Shown here in pieces: positions 28,556 through 38,041 of a stretch of DNA of 64,000 nt. The notes beneath the pieces were generated by a model that did no database searches, was not told where the DNA came from, and worked only from the letters and a program-made list of their open reading frames with translations. Location: NCBI GenBank assembly GCA_964508365.1, contig CAZDTP010000005.1, forward strand, positions 1-64,000, in the 5' to 3' direction. The position numbers and the translations under genes were made by a program. How positions within the stretch are numbered: the stretch's first letter is position 1; each line of letters starts with the position of its first letter. The stretch comes from an uncultured archaeon (GTDB taxonomy: Archaea; Asgardarchaeota; Lokiarchaeia; Sigyniarchaeales; SOKP01).

Positions 28556-28706
28556 ATGCCTACCTAATCTTGTAACCGAAGAAATTTTAGTCTCCTCCCA
28601 TTTTATCCCAATTTAGTAAGGAAATTCAATAAGCAATATAAATTTATTTTTCCTAACATTTAGGAATATACACCTCACATTCAATTAAAAATTGTAAATT
28701 AAGGGA

Positions 28707-29786
28707 TTGTTTTTTATGAAAATTGGAATGAATTCTTTAACAAATTTGGCTCTAATAAGAAAGGATGTAAAAAGGAAACGAGTTTCTAGTTATGATAAGA
28801 CTGGGAGTAATATGGATAATGTTCAATTAAAACCTAATGAAAGTTATCAAATCTGCGATATAGCAGGGGCTGGTATTATCAAGCATATCTGGATGACAAT
28901 TGCTTCAGCTGACCCTAACTATCTACGAAAGTTGGTTCTGAGGATGTGGTGGGATAACGAGGACGAACCTTCTGTTGAGGTCCCGATAGGAGACTTTTTT
29001 GGAGTTGGTCATGGCAAGACCGTAAATTTTTGGAGTCTTCCATTTTCTAACGGGCCTGAAGATGGTAAAGGTTTTAACTGTTTTTTTCCAATGCCTTTTG
29101 CTTCTCGAGCTAAGATCGAAGTAGAAAATGAATCAGAAATTATGACCGTTTTATACTTTTATATAGATTACGAAGAATATAGCAATATTTCGAATGATCT
29201 GGGGAGATTTCATGCTTTTTGGAATCGACAAAATCCATGTGATGGAAAACCCTATGGTACGGGAGCAAAAATAGAGCGCTTTATTAAAAAAAATCCTACG
29301 CACGAGGGTGACTATTTAATTCTTAACGCAAAAGGAGAAGGACACTTTGTTGGGTGCCACTTAAACATCCATAATCTAATGACACCCGAAAATACGACAA
29401 AGAACGATCACTGGTGGCCTGGAGAAGGTGACGATTATATTTCTATTGATGACGAAGAGACAATTTTATATGGAACTGGAACAGAAGATTATTTCTGTGG
29501 TGCTTGGTGTCCTTCCCAATTCTATTGTTCCCCATATTTTGGAGTAACTATTCCTGGTGGAAGCAAATGGAGTGGGAAAATATCTTATTACAGGTATCAC
29601 ATTGAAGACCCAATATATTTCCATAAAAACATAAAGGTAAAAATTGAACACGGTCATGCAAACCAACGTTCCGACGATTTTTCTTCAACAGCATATTGGT
29701 ATCAAGCAGAACCGCATAAAAAGCAAAAGTTTTTCCTTATGGAAGAACGGTTACCGCGGGATGAACCTAAGGAGATCGAAACATAA
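28707..29786 (+). CDS. DUF2961 / glycoside hydrolase family 172 protein
   Basis: SSYDKTGSNMD, GIIKHIWMT, PIGDFFG, FNCFFPMPF, WPGEGDD, GTGTEDYF, IEHGHAN..SDDFSS.AYWYQ; likely start is ATG 28716. Confidence 0.9.
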   Translation: MFFMKIGMNSLTNLALIRKDVKRKRVSSYDKTGSNMDNVQLKPNESYQICDIAGAGIIKHIWMTIASADPNYLRKLVLRMWWDNEDEPSVEVPIGDFFGVGHGKTVNFWSLPFSNGPEDGKGFNCFFPMPFASRAKIEVENESEIMTVLYFYIDYEEYSNISNDLGRFHAFWNRQNPCDGKPYGTGAKIERFIKKNPTHEGDYLILNAKGEGHFVGCHLNIHNLMTPENTTKNDHWWPGEGDDYISIDDEETILYGTGTEDYFCGAWCPSQFYCSPYFGVTIPGGSKWSGKISYYRYHIEDPIYFHKNIKVKIEHGHANQRSDDFSSTAYWYQAEPHKKQKFFLMEERLPRDEPKEIET

Positions 29787-29817
29787 AAATAAAAATTAAA
29801 ATTTTTTTTTAAGCTTT

Positions 29818-31170
29818 TTATAAATTCTTTAATTTAGTCAAACGTTCTTCGTGAAGTTCGCTCAACTTTTTTTGTTGTTCCATGAATTTTTCATAGTTAA
29901 GTGGGAAAAACTTAAACACTAACAAAGCAAGTAAACCTCCTATAACTGGAACGAGCGAAACTAATGCTCTTAATCCTATCTCCGCCTGGGGGGGTTGTGT
30001 GGTGGCGTATTGATCAAATCCCGTTAAAGCTTGTACGATTATCAATGTTAAACCTGAAAAAACTATTGATAGTCTTGCTACAAAAGTTAAAATCCCCATA
30101 AATGTTGCTTCTCGTCTTTTACCCGTCTTTAACTCGTCTGAATCTATTGCGGCGCTCATAGCTGGTTCAGTCATTAACATTCCCCCTGCTCCAAATCCTG
30201 GAATTATTGTAATAATAACTAGAAGAGGAAAATTATCAACAAGGAATAAAGGCCAAATTCCAATCGTAAAAATTCCAATAGAGAGCAATAATCCATACTT
30301 TGGACCTTTTGTGGCATAAATCCATTTCCAGAATAAGACGCTTGAAAGAATTCCTAGAGCAATTCCTATTGCCGCAAATCCCACCAATCCTACATCCATG
30401 TTAAGAATAAATCGGGCATATAAAGGGAGAACGGTTAGTGTTAATCCAGTAAAGAAATCTATTAGTGTGTAGGTCAATGTAATGTTTAGAAATGGAATAT
30501 TCGATAAAGTTTCTTTAAATGCCGTGAAAACAGGGAGTGGTTCATCGATTTGATATTCTTTCCTTTCCTTTGTACCCATAAGAGACAATAACATAGTAAC
30601 CGGTATTAAAGTACCAAATAATATACCTACTATGGGCCATCCCATTGCATCTGCTAATAAAGGAGGTAATATTATCCCAATCATCGCGGACAGAAAAGCG
30701 AGCAAGTCTTTAAGGGCAACAACCGACGCACGCTCCTTCTCGTCTTCATACATTTCTGTATATAACGCCGACCATGCGGTCATTGCCAGTGTGAAACCGA
30801 AATCGAATAAAAACAACATAATCAAACCATGTAAAAAAATTCCCGTTTGGTCTGTCCACGGAACCCACCATAAAAACATAAAACCAATAGTAAATGGAAC
30901 TATTCCAATTACAATATATGGGATACGTCGACCCCATTTTTCGAATTTCCATTTATCCATGTAATATCCCATTAGTGGATCGTTAACGGCGTTCCAAATA
31001 CCATAAATTAGCAAAAGTAAACCACCTAATCCAAGCGATAACCCAGTTACGATAGTATAAAAAAATATTAAAAATGATTGGATCATATTGTAATGCAATG
31101 AGCTGGGAATCGCAGCTAACGAATAAAGAAAATGACCTGAAAAAGAATGAATTCTATCTTTTTCTCTCAA
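29818..31170 (-). CDS. GPH family MFS sugar transporter
   Basis: WNAVNDPLMGY, KWGRRIPY, TGKRREA, FPLN. Confidence 0.9.
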   Translation of the reverse strand: MREKDRIHSFSGHFLYSLAAIPSSLHYNMIQSFLIFFYTIVTGLSLGLGGLLLLIYGIWNAVNDPLMGYYMDKWKFEKWGRRIPYIVIGIVPFTIGFMFLWWVPWTDQTGIFLHGLIMLFLFDFGFTLAMTAWSALYTEMYEDEKERASVVALKDLLAFLSAMIGIILPPLLADAMGWPIVGILFGTLIPVTMLLSLMGTKERKEYQIDEPLPVFTAFKETLSNIPFLNITLTYTLIDFFTGLTLTVLPLYARFILNMDVGLVGFAAIGIALGILSSVLFWKWIYATKGPKYGLLLSIGIFTIGIWPLFLVDNFPLLVIITIIPGFGAGGMLMTEPAMSAAIDSDELKTGKRREATFMGILTFVARLSIVFSGLTLIIVQALTGFDQYATTQPPQAEIGLRALVSLVPVIGGLLALLVFKFFPLNYEKFMEQQKKLSELHEERLTKLKNL

Positions 31171-31250
31171 ATTTTAGCACTTTTCAGTTATTAATTATTA
31201 TTGATATACCATTTTGTTGAGAACCTATATAAACATTTTATTTTTGATAT

Positions 31251-32759
31251 TTATTTATCATCTTCGACAACTTTTAAACCTAAAATTTTTGCTCCGTTTA
31301 TGAAATCATCCTTCCAATCGCCTATGAAAGTCACCCTATGCCATCCAAATGCGTTCCAATCATAATTTTTCATAATCTTTTCAACATCGCATTCTACTAG
31401 CATTTTAGAAACGCAGCCATTTTCATCAACTATGTTATCTATTATTTTTCCCGTACGAATTGAGATTTTTTTTTCAAAAACGCTGATTTTGATAGTCGTT
31501 ACTGGTTTCCCTATTGGAAATTTAACGCGAGGTGAGGCACCTAAAAAATGAGTTTCACCATGGTATACGATATCATAAGGCGCTCGTGGACCTTCTGGAC
31601 CGTGCAAATTACATGGAGCTACACAATGCATGTATGTGATTTGATTTTTTTTAATATCAAAAGTGTGGTTGGACACATATCCGGGTCTACCAGTTAAATA
31701 CAATCCAAATAGAAAGCTTATGGTTGAATCCATATCTGACTCACATATGCCGTATTTTCCTTCGTTACTTAATTCGAAAAAAGCCATGCAAGGATAAGCG
31801 GGAAACGCGCCGCACAATAAGAATGTGCCACAATCGGGAGTAAAAATGTCAATGTCTTTATCTTTCAAGATATTTTTAAAAGCTAGGTATAGTTTTGCGG
31901 AATTTAAAATGGTTTTATCCGTGGGTTCTACTATCGTAGCATTTTCAATCCATTTTTGAGCGATCTCTTTTGCCTGGTCCGTGTTAACCTCATTATAATA
32001 CTTGAGAATCTCCTCTGGATCTCCTCTAATCATTTCTATATCAAATACATTTTTTAAAATTTCTTTGTAAAGCGCTTCATCCTTTCTCCACTGGTGTGCT
32101 TGATCTAAACCAACCGTATCGGTATAGAATTCAAATTCCTTATCGCTACTCATTTTACCTACTTGATCCAAGAACTCTGGATGATTTTTAGCTATTCGCA
32201 TTCGTTCGGGATTAAATAACCCTAATATGACATCCCAGTTCATTTTGATGACGTCTTTGGCGTAAACCAAGACCCTTTTTCCTCTTAAACGCAGGAGATT
32301 AAACATGTTTTCAAACATTTTGTTAAAATCTTCTAATTTTTTTGAAGATAAAATTGATATCTGAAAATTCTTGTCTTTAACACTTGAGAATATTTTTGTG
32401 AAAGTATGGTCTCCAGCATACATATAATTGGCTAATATTACCGGTTTTTTGCTCTCAATAAATTCAATGCCAGCTTGAACAATCCCTGGATCTCCATAAT
32501 GCCCTATAGTAAAAACTATAACCCCATCAGCCTCTTCGATATTTTTTTTAATCTGGTTAACTAATTCGCTATCGTATGTTGTAATAATCTTACTATAGTT
32601 AAATTCAATTTTATTAAATTTCAGGTTTAGATGATTTCTAATGGAATCTATCGTTTCGTTATTATCAAATCCCAAATAGGGCCACCCAGCTTCCCATTGT
32701 GGTTTTCCTATAAACACAACTTCTATTTTTACATCTTTATAATTCATAATAAAATTCAC
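31251..32759 (-). CDS. L-fucose/L-arabinose isomerase-like protein
   Basis: PCMAF...GICESD, MHC..PCNL, TTIK, GWHRVTFIGDW C-terminal FucI/AraA-like signature. Confidence 0.65.
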   Translation of the reverse strand: MNFIMNYKDVKIEVVFIGKPQWEAGWPYLGFDNNETIDSIRNHLNLKFNKIEFNYSKIITTYDSELVNQIKKNIEEADGVIVFTIGHYGDPGIVQAGIEFIESKKPVILANYMYAGDHTFTKIFSSVKDKNFQISILSSKKLEDFNKMFENMFNLLRLRGKRVLVYAKDVIKMNWDVILGLFNPERMRIAKNHPEFLDQVGKMSSDKEFEFYTDTVGLDQAHQWRKDEALYKEILKNVFDIEMIRGDPEEILKYYNEVNTDQAKEIAQKWIENATIVEPTDKTILNSAKLYLAFKNILKDKDIDIFTPDCGTFLLCGAFPAYPCMAFFELSNEGKYGICESDMDSTISFLFGLYLTGRPGYVSNHTFDIKKNQITYMHCVAPCNLHGPEGPRAPYDIVYHGETHFLGASPRVKFPIGKPVTTIKISVFEKKISIRTGKIIDNIVDENGCVSKMLVECDVEKIMKNYDWNAFGWHRVTFIGDWKDDFINGAKILGLKVVEDDK

Positions 32760-32861
32760 TACGAATTATTAAATTATTTCACTTATAAAATAGATTTTAA
32801 ACTTTAAAATCTTTAAACTTTAAAAATAAGATATTTGTAAAAACCTTATTGAACTAATTAG

Positions 32862-34304
32862 TTAAATGCTTCTTTCACGTTTCCAATCAGAATTATCGCT
32901 CGTTCTTAAGTACCACCGGAGCAATTGTTCTTTGAGATCTGCTTTTACCTTATCATAAGCATAAATATCGATAAGATTGTTCGCTTCGTTAGGATCGTAC
33001 ATAAGATCATACAGCTCTTCTTTACCCTGATCGCGAATAACGAGTTTCCATAATTTAGTTCTTATCATAGCAGAACGTGCAACAGTAGAACTATCTTCTT
33101 TAGGGATATTCGTTTTATCGTAGTAAATTCCTAATCCCGGTAGCTCTGGATTCGCGATAACAGGTTCAAAACATTGAGGTTCGCGAGGATTATATCCTCC
33201 TTCTGCAAAGACAGCATTCCTGAGTTTTGCTAAATCACCTTGGAGAAGGGGAATTAAACTTTTACCAAAATGAGTATATTGTGTTTCAATTTGAGCGATA
33301 TGCAATATAGTTGGAAAAATATCAATGGATTGGACGAGTTGGTCGTAAATTACATTTTTACCTTCAATGCCAGGAATTTTTAGAATTAAGGGGATGTTAA
33401 TTAAACAATCTTGAAATGCGTTCGGCCATTTCTCTGTTAACCCATAATCACCAGTAAAATCTCCATGGTCTGCAAAGAAGACTATTACACTATTTTCATA
33501 AGCCCCTATTTCTTTTAGTTGGTTTATTATCAAACCAAACTGGTGATCTATGCGAGAAACCATTCCGTAATAAGTAGCAATAATTTCCTTGAAGTCTTCT
33601 TTTGTTAAGTTTTTCAAACCGTATCTTTCATGAATTAATTGCATAAACTCTGGTTTGTCATCTAATTTTGGGGGTATTGGAGCGGGAACATTTTCTCGAT
33701 TGTACATTGAAAAAAATGGTTCTTCTACTGTGTAAGGGGGATGAGGGAAGTTTAATGCTATGAACAAGCAAAAAGGATTTTTATGGTTTGAATTTAAATA
33801 GTTAATCGCTTCTTGGGTGTTGTAGTAGTCAATATCCTTTGCTTCTTCTTCCGTTCTTTTTCCAAAATAGAAAGATTTTCTCAAGGGATGTTCTAATGGA
33901 TAAGGATTCGTCTTAATCATTCTAGTTTTGATTCTAATTTTTCTTGATATACTGCCTTCGATTGCATCTTTTCTAAAAACATCGTTCCGACCTACCCAAA
34001 TCACTTCATACCCTTTATCTTTTAAAAATTTAAACAGATTTTCTTCATGGGGTTGCAGTAATTGATAAAGACTTCTATGATTGTTGGAATGAACATATTG
34101 TCCTGTAAAAGTACAACATCTTGAGGGCCCACAGACAGGATTAACAGTAAAGCAATTTGTAAAAGCAATACCATCTTTTGCTAATTGGTCAATATTTGGT
34201 GTTTTAATTATTGGATTTCTCTTTCCTCCAAGAGAAACACAGTCTCCTCTTAGTTCATCAGGTACAAAAAATATAATATTTGGAAGAGATTTCTCTTGTT
34301 CCAT
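32862..34304 (-). CDS. Sulfatase-like hydrolase (Cys-type)
   Basis: PNIIFFVPDELR, CGPSR (CxPxR), NFPHPP, FADHGD, YGLTEK, EELYDL..DPNE. Confidence 0.92.
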   Translation of the reverse strand: MEQEKSLPNIIFFVPDELRGDCVSLGGKRNPIIKTPNIDQLAKDGIAFTNCFTVNPVCGPSRCCTFTGQYVHSNNHRSLYQLLQPHEENLFKFLKDKGYEVIWVGRNDVFRKDAIEGSISRKIRIKTRMIKTNPYPLEHPLRKSFYFGKRTEEEAKDIDYYNTQEAINYLNSNHKNPFCLFIALNFPHPPYTVEEPFFSMYNRENVPAPIPPKLDDKPEFMQLIHERYGLKNLTKEDFKEIIATYYGMVSRIDHQFGLIINQLKEIGAYENSVIVFFADHGDFTGDYGLTEKWPNAFQDCLINIPLILKIPGIEGKNVIYDQLVQSIDIFPTILHIAQIETQYTHFGKSLIPLLQGDLAKLRNAVFAEGGYNPREPQCFEPVIANPELPGLGIYYDKTNIPKEDSSTVARSAMIRTKLWKLVIRDQGKEELYDLMYDPNEANNLIDIYAYDKVKADLKEQLLRWYLRTSDNSDWKRERSI

Positions 34305-34437
34305 AATTAACTCATTATCATTAAGACTTTAAAAATTTAATAATTAAGAAATCAATAACTATGTAAATAGTATTAAATATCTTAAGATTTCATTAATTAC
34401 AAAGTAGATAAGATAACTATTAAATGGTGTTGAAATC

Positions 34438-35598
34438 ATGAATTCGAGGAATAGAGTAAAAACAACATTAAACCATAAAGAACCGGATAAAGTACCGATT
34501 GATTTAGGTGGCAATCAATCAAGTATCCATATCATAGCTTACAAAAAATTGCTTAAATATCTTGAAATTGAAGATGATAACATACAGTACGCAGATTTCG
34601 TTCAACAGATTGTACGACCTTGCGAAGAAGTTTTAAAAAGATTCCAAATTGACATAAGGTATATTCAACCTTTAGGAGGAATGATTAGGGTTCAAGATAT
34701 GAAACCACAAGTTGAACAGAAATATCTGGGTGTTTACGACCAATTTGGCGTGTTTTGGGGAAATGACGCTAAAAAAAATATCATCGACATTTTATACTAC
34801 GATCCTGTTATTCATCCCTTTGCAGATTTTAAATCTGTAAGTGATGTAAAGAATTACGATTGGCCAGATGGGCTAGATAAATCTCCTTTTATTGGTTTGA
34901 AAGATTTTGCAAGAAAATTGCATGAAAATACAGAATTTGCTTTATCAACACCTCCAATTGGTTGTGTTTACGAATACTGCACATTTTTATTCGGTTTTAC
35001 TAAGACATTAAGGTTTTTAAAGACTAAACCAGAAATCATAATTTCAACTATGGAAGAATTACTTAAATATTGGATCAATTATGCTACAACTTTCCTTGCT
35101 GAAGTTGGAGGTTATCTAGATGTTGTTAGCATTAACGGAGATATTGCAGAACAAGCTGGTCCTATAATGAGTTTACAACTATACGAGAACATGATAAAAC
35201 CTATAGAACGGAAGTTATCACAGAAAATTCACGAAATTGTAGACGCCAAAATAAACTACCATTCATGTGGTTCGATTTCTCAATTTATTCCTCACTTCGC
35301 TGACATCGGATATGATATCGTTAATCCAGTTCAAATAAGCGCCTATGATATGGAACCTTGTTCTCTAAAAGAAAGATATGGGAGTATTATGTCGTTCTGG
35401 GGAGGTTTATGCAACTCACAGAAAACTCTACCGTTTGGAACTCCTGAACAGATTAGAGAGGAAGTTAGAAGAAACTTCGAATGCTTGAAGCCAGGAGGGG
35501 GTTTTATAGCCTCAAATATTCATAACATCACAGCTGAGGTTCCGCCTCAAAATATAGTAGCAATGTTTGATGCAGCTAATGAATTTAGAAATTATTAA
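34438..35598 (+). CDS. URO-D / MtaA-CmuA family protein (paralogue 5)
   Basis: LNHKEPDKVPIDLGG, NGDIAEQ, YHSCG, FWGG, PGGGFI.SNIHN. Confidence 0.88.
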   Translation: MNSRNRVKTTLNHKEPDKVPIDLGGNQSSIHIIAYKKLLKYLEIEDDNIQYADFVQQIVRPCEEVLKRFQIDIRYIQPLGGMIRVQDMKPQVEQKYLGVYDQFGVFWGNDAKKNIIDILYYDPVIHPFADFKSVSDVKNYDWPDGLDKSPFIGLKDFARKLHENTEFALSTPPIGCVYEYCTFLFGFTKTLRFLKTKPEIIISTMEELLKYWINYATTFLAEVGGYLDVVSINGDIAEQAGPIMSLQLYENMIKPIERKLSQKIHEIVDAKINYHSCGSISQFIPHFADIGYDIVNPVQISAYDMEPCSLKERYGSIMSFWGGLCNSQKTLPFGTPEQIREEVRRNFECLKPGGGFIASNIHNITAEVPPQNIVAMFDAANEFRNY

Positions 35599-35660
35599 TG
35601 AAAGAATTTTAAGCTAATCATTAATTTTACTCCAATAGAAATAGGTGATTTATTTTAAGG

Positions 35661-36521
35661 ATGCAACAGTATAAAATTTTTGATGCTCACTTGCATACAT
35701 TTGGCACTTTTCTAGCAAAAGATGACGATCTCATCTCATATTTGGATAGATATAACGTTGAAAAAGCTATAATAACTACAGTCAATAGAGCAGCGAGTTC
35801 TAAAATTTACGCGAATGACAATAATGGAACTGAAGAAGAGGTGTTAAATGAAAACCTGGTTAAAAAAGCTTTTGAAAATTTGAGAAAATTGATGCCTAAG
35901 GATCAATTAGATCACCAGGATGTTATAAGTATCTCAAACTTAGATCCCGAAAGATTTTTCAAGTTCTTTTGGTTCAATCCTAAAATTGATCTGGAAGAAG
36001 TAGATAAAAACTATAGGATATTAGAAAACCATTTTAATATGGGATTTTGTGGGGTAAAAATCCATTCAGGAATTCATCTAATAAAAGTTCCGAGAGATAT
36101 TATCTCTTTGGCCTCTTTTATGCAAGAATACAACAAGAATTTTCCTTTATTTATTCACTTTACACCGAAATTTTCAGCTTTTGGAGGGATTTCCTCGAAT
36201 GATATTGCAAAATTAGCTCAAAGTTTTCCAAACTTAAATATCATTATTGGACATGCTGCGTTGGCAATGGAATTTGCAATTGACTTTGGATTGAGCTTAA
36301 AACAATATAAAAATGTATTTTTTGAAACTTCCTGTTCAATACCTTACGGGATATTAAATTTGATAAAAATGGTCGGCCATAAACGATTGTTATTTGGCTC
36401 AGATGCGCCAGTTACTAATCCTATAAAGCTTGAAATTGATAAGATATTGTGTTTACCCATTACGAATGATCAAAAGCAAGATATTTTCTATAACAATACT
36501 AACAATTTAGTTCAAAATTAA
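35661..36521 (+). CDS. Amidohydrolase_2 family metal-dependent hydrolase
   Basis: DAHLH, GVKIH, GHA, FGSDAP. Confidence 0.88.
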   Translation: MQQYKIFDAHLHTFGTFLAKDDDLISYLDRYNVEKAIITTVNRAASSKIYANDNNGTEEEVLNENLVKKAFENLRKLMPKDQLDHQDVISISNLDPERFFKFFWFNPKIDLEEVDKNYRILENHFNMGFCGVKIHSGIHLIKVPRDIISLASFMQEYNKNFPLFIHFTPKFSAFGGISSNDIAKLAQSFPNLNIIIGHAALAMEFAIDFGLSLKQYKNVFFETSCSIPYGILNLIKMVGHKRLLFGSDAPVTNPIKLEIDKILCLPITNDQKQDIFYNNTNNLVQN

Positions 36522-36733
36522 CGATACGAGTATTCACAAATTTTATTTATTTTAAGTAATCTTTCAGACATTTGTCGGATATTCCATCTATATTAATCAG
36601 TTAATTAGTACTTACTTGAAATTAATTGTCAAAAAATTACTAATGGATATAGTCAATTATTTTTGTTTTAATAATACATTATATAAGGGTAATTTTGTAA
36701 TTTAAAATTATACTTAAGATTTAATTATATCGA

Positions 36734-37294
36734 GTGTATATTGTGAAATATTTAGGGGATGATATCAACAACACGGATAATCCTAATTGGGATGTCATTG
36801 AAGTTTCAAAAGTTAACGACAAAATAATTATGAAGCTTTTAAATTATCTGAAATATGATATATCGGATAAATTCTTTATTTCTTTTGAAAGTCTTTTAAA
36901 GTTGGGGAATAGAGTCCCAGAAACAACGATTAAAAATATTGTTAAAGAATTGGACCAATCTCACGATTTCAAAAAAGAATTATTTCAGTTTATTCTCAAT
37001 TTTATAAACAATGACACTGTAGAATACCATTTGCTACCACAATTATATAGTCCCGATTTTATCGTTAGAGCTCGAGCTATAATGAAAATCAAAGAGAATG
37101 ATGATGTAAGATATCTGAAATTCCTACTTCCTTTATTAGACGACCCAGATGATTCGGTAAGATGGAGCGTCATTAAATTTTTATCAAAACACTTCAAAAA
37201 TCCTATAATTTATTCTGAATTGAAGAATCATTTAAATAAAGAGTTAAATCCAATTATATACGATAATCTAAAAGAAGTTTTTGAACAAGAATAA
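36734..37294 (+). CDS. HEAT-repeat protein
   Basis: PDFIVRARA and LLDDPDDSVRWSVIKFL HEAT motifs; GTG start. Confidence 0.75.
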   Translation: MYIVKYLGDDINNTDNPNWDVIEVSKVNDKIIMKLLNYLKYDISDKFFISFESLLKLGNRVPETTIKNIVKELDQSHDFKKELFQFILNFINNDTVEYHLLPQLYSPDFIVRARAIMKIKENDDVRYLKFLLPLLDDPDDSVRWSVIKFLSKHFKNPIIYSELKNHLNKELNPIIYDNLKEVFEQE

Positions 37295-37497
37295 AGTCCT
37301 TATAATTGTTTCTTATCTCTTCTCTTTAATTTGTTCTTTGATATCTCATTTTAAACAAAAAGTAAAGAATTAAAAACGACATTTTTAATTATATATATAA
37401 ATAGGATTTAAGACCCAACATATGAAATTTTTAATAAAATCTAAACATTACTTAATATTAATTAATAAGGTTAAAGGGATAAAAAAAATTTTCAAAG

Positions 37498-38037
37498 GTG
37501 TTAAAGATATCGTCGTATGACTATACATTTAAAATTTTACTGCTCGGTGACGCATCCGTTGGTAAAACTTCTTTCACTAAACGATATTGTTATAATGTTT
37601 TTAACCCTAGCGAGCGATTAACTATTGGGGTTGATTTTCATGTTAAAACGATTGAACTACAGGGAAAAAAGATAAAACTTCAAATCTGGGACGTTGGAGG
37701 AGAAGAAAGGTTTAGATTCCTACTCCCTACATATTGTTTGGGTGCAAACGCTGCTTTTCTACTTTACGATGTCACACGGACTCAAACTCTTGACAATATC
37801 AATGAATGGACTAATATTGTTCACCAGAAAGGAGGTCCTATACCAATTATGCTTGTTGGGTCTAAAATTGATCTTATAGATAATCAACGCGAAGTCTCTC
37901 GAGAATATGGTATACAAGTTGCTGAAAAGAATAATATGGCATCATTTGGCGAAATATCCAGTAAATCAGGACAAAATGTAAATAAAACATTTGAGGTTCT
38001 AACAGAGCTAACATTAGAAAGAATTGAAAATAGGTGA
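37498..38037 (+). CDS. Rab/Ras-like small GTPase (eukaryotic signature protein)
   Basis: YDYTFKILLLGDASVGKT, TIGVDF, WDVGGEERF, GSKID, EISSK; no C-terminal Cys motif. Start may be ATA 37507. Confidence 0.95.
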   Translation: MLKISSYDYTFKILLLGDASVGKTSFTKRYCYNVFNPSERLTIGVDFHVKTIELQGKKIKLQIWDVGGEERFRFLLPTYCLGANAAFLLYDVTRTQTLDNINEWTNIVHQKGGPIPIMLVGSKIDLIDNQREVSREYGIQVAEKNNMASFGEISSKSGQNVNKTFEVLTELTLERIENR

Positions 38038-38041
38038 TTTG

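Noticed and set aside
28556-28612. Open frame upstream of the MFS gene 27371-28555 suggesting an ATT/ATA start
   Set aside because: A usable ATG exists and no conserved domain requires the extension, so it is not counted as evidence for non-canonical starts.
32792-32825. AGATTTTAAA-C-TTTAAAATCT inverted repeat and TTTAAACTTTAAAA direct repeat upstream of the isomerase gene
   Set aside because: Almost entirely A/T in a very AT-rich spacer; could be an operator but cannot be distinguished from chance.
1870-38037. Link between the prenyltransferase-repeat protein and the Rab-like GTPase (prenylation system)
   Set aside because: The GTPase ends ERIENR with no Cys motif, the genes are 35 kb apart, and no prenyltransferase alpha subunit is present.
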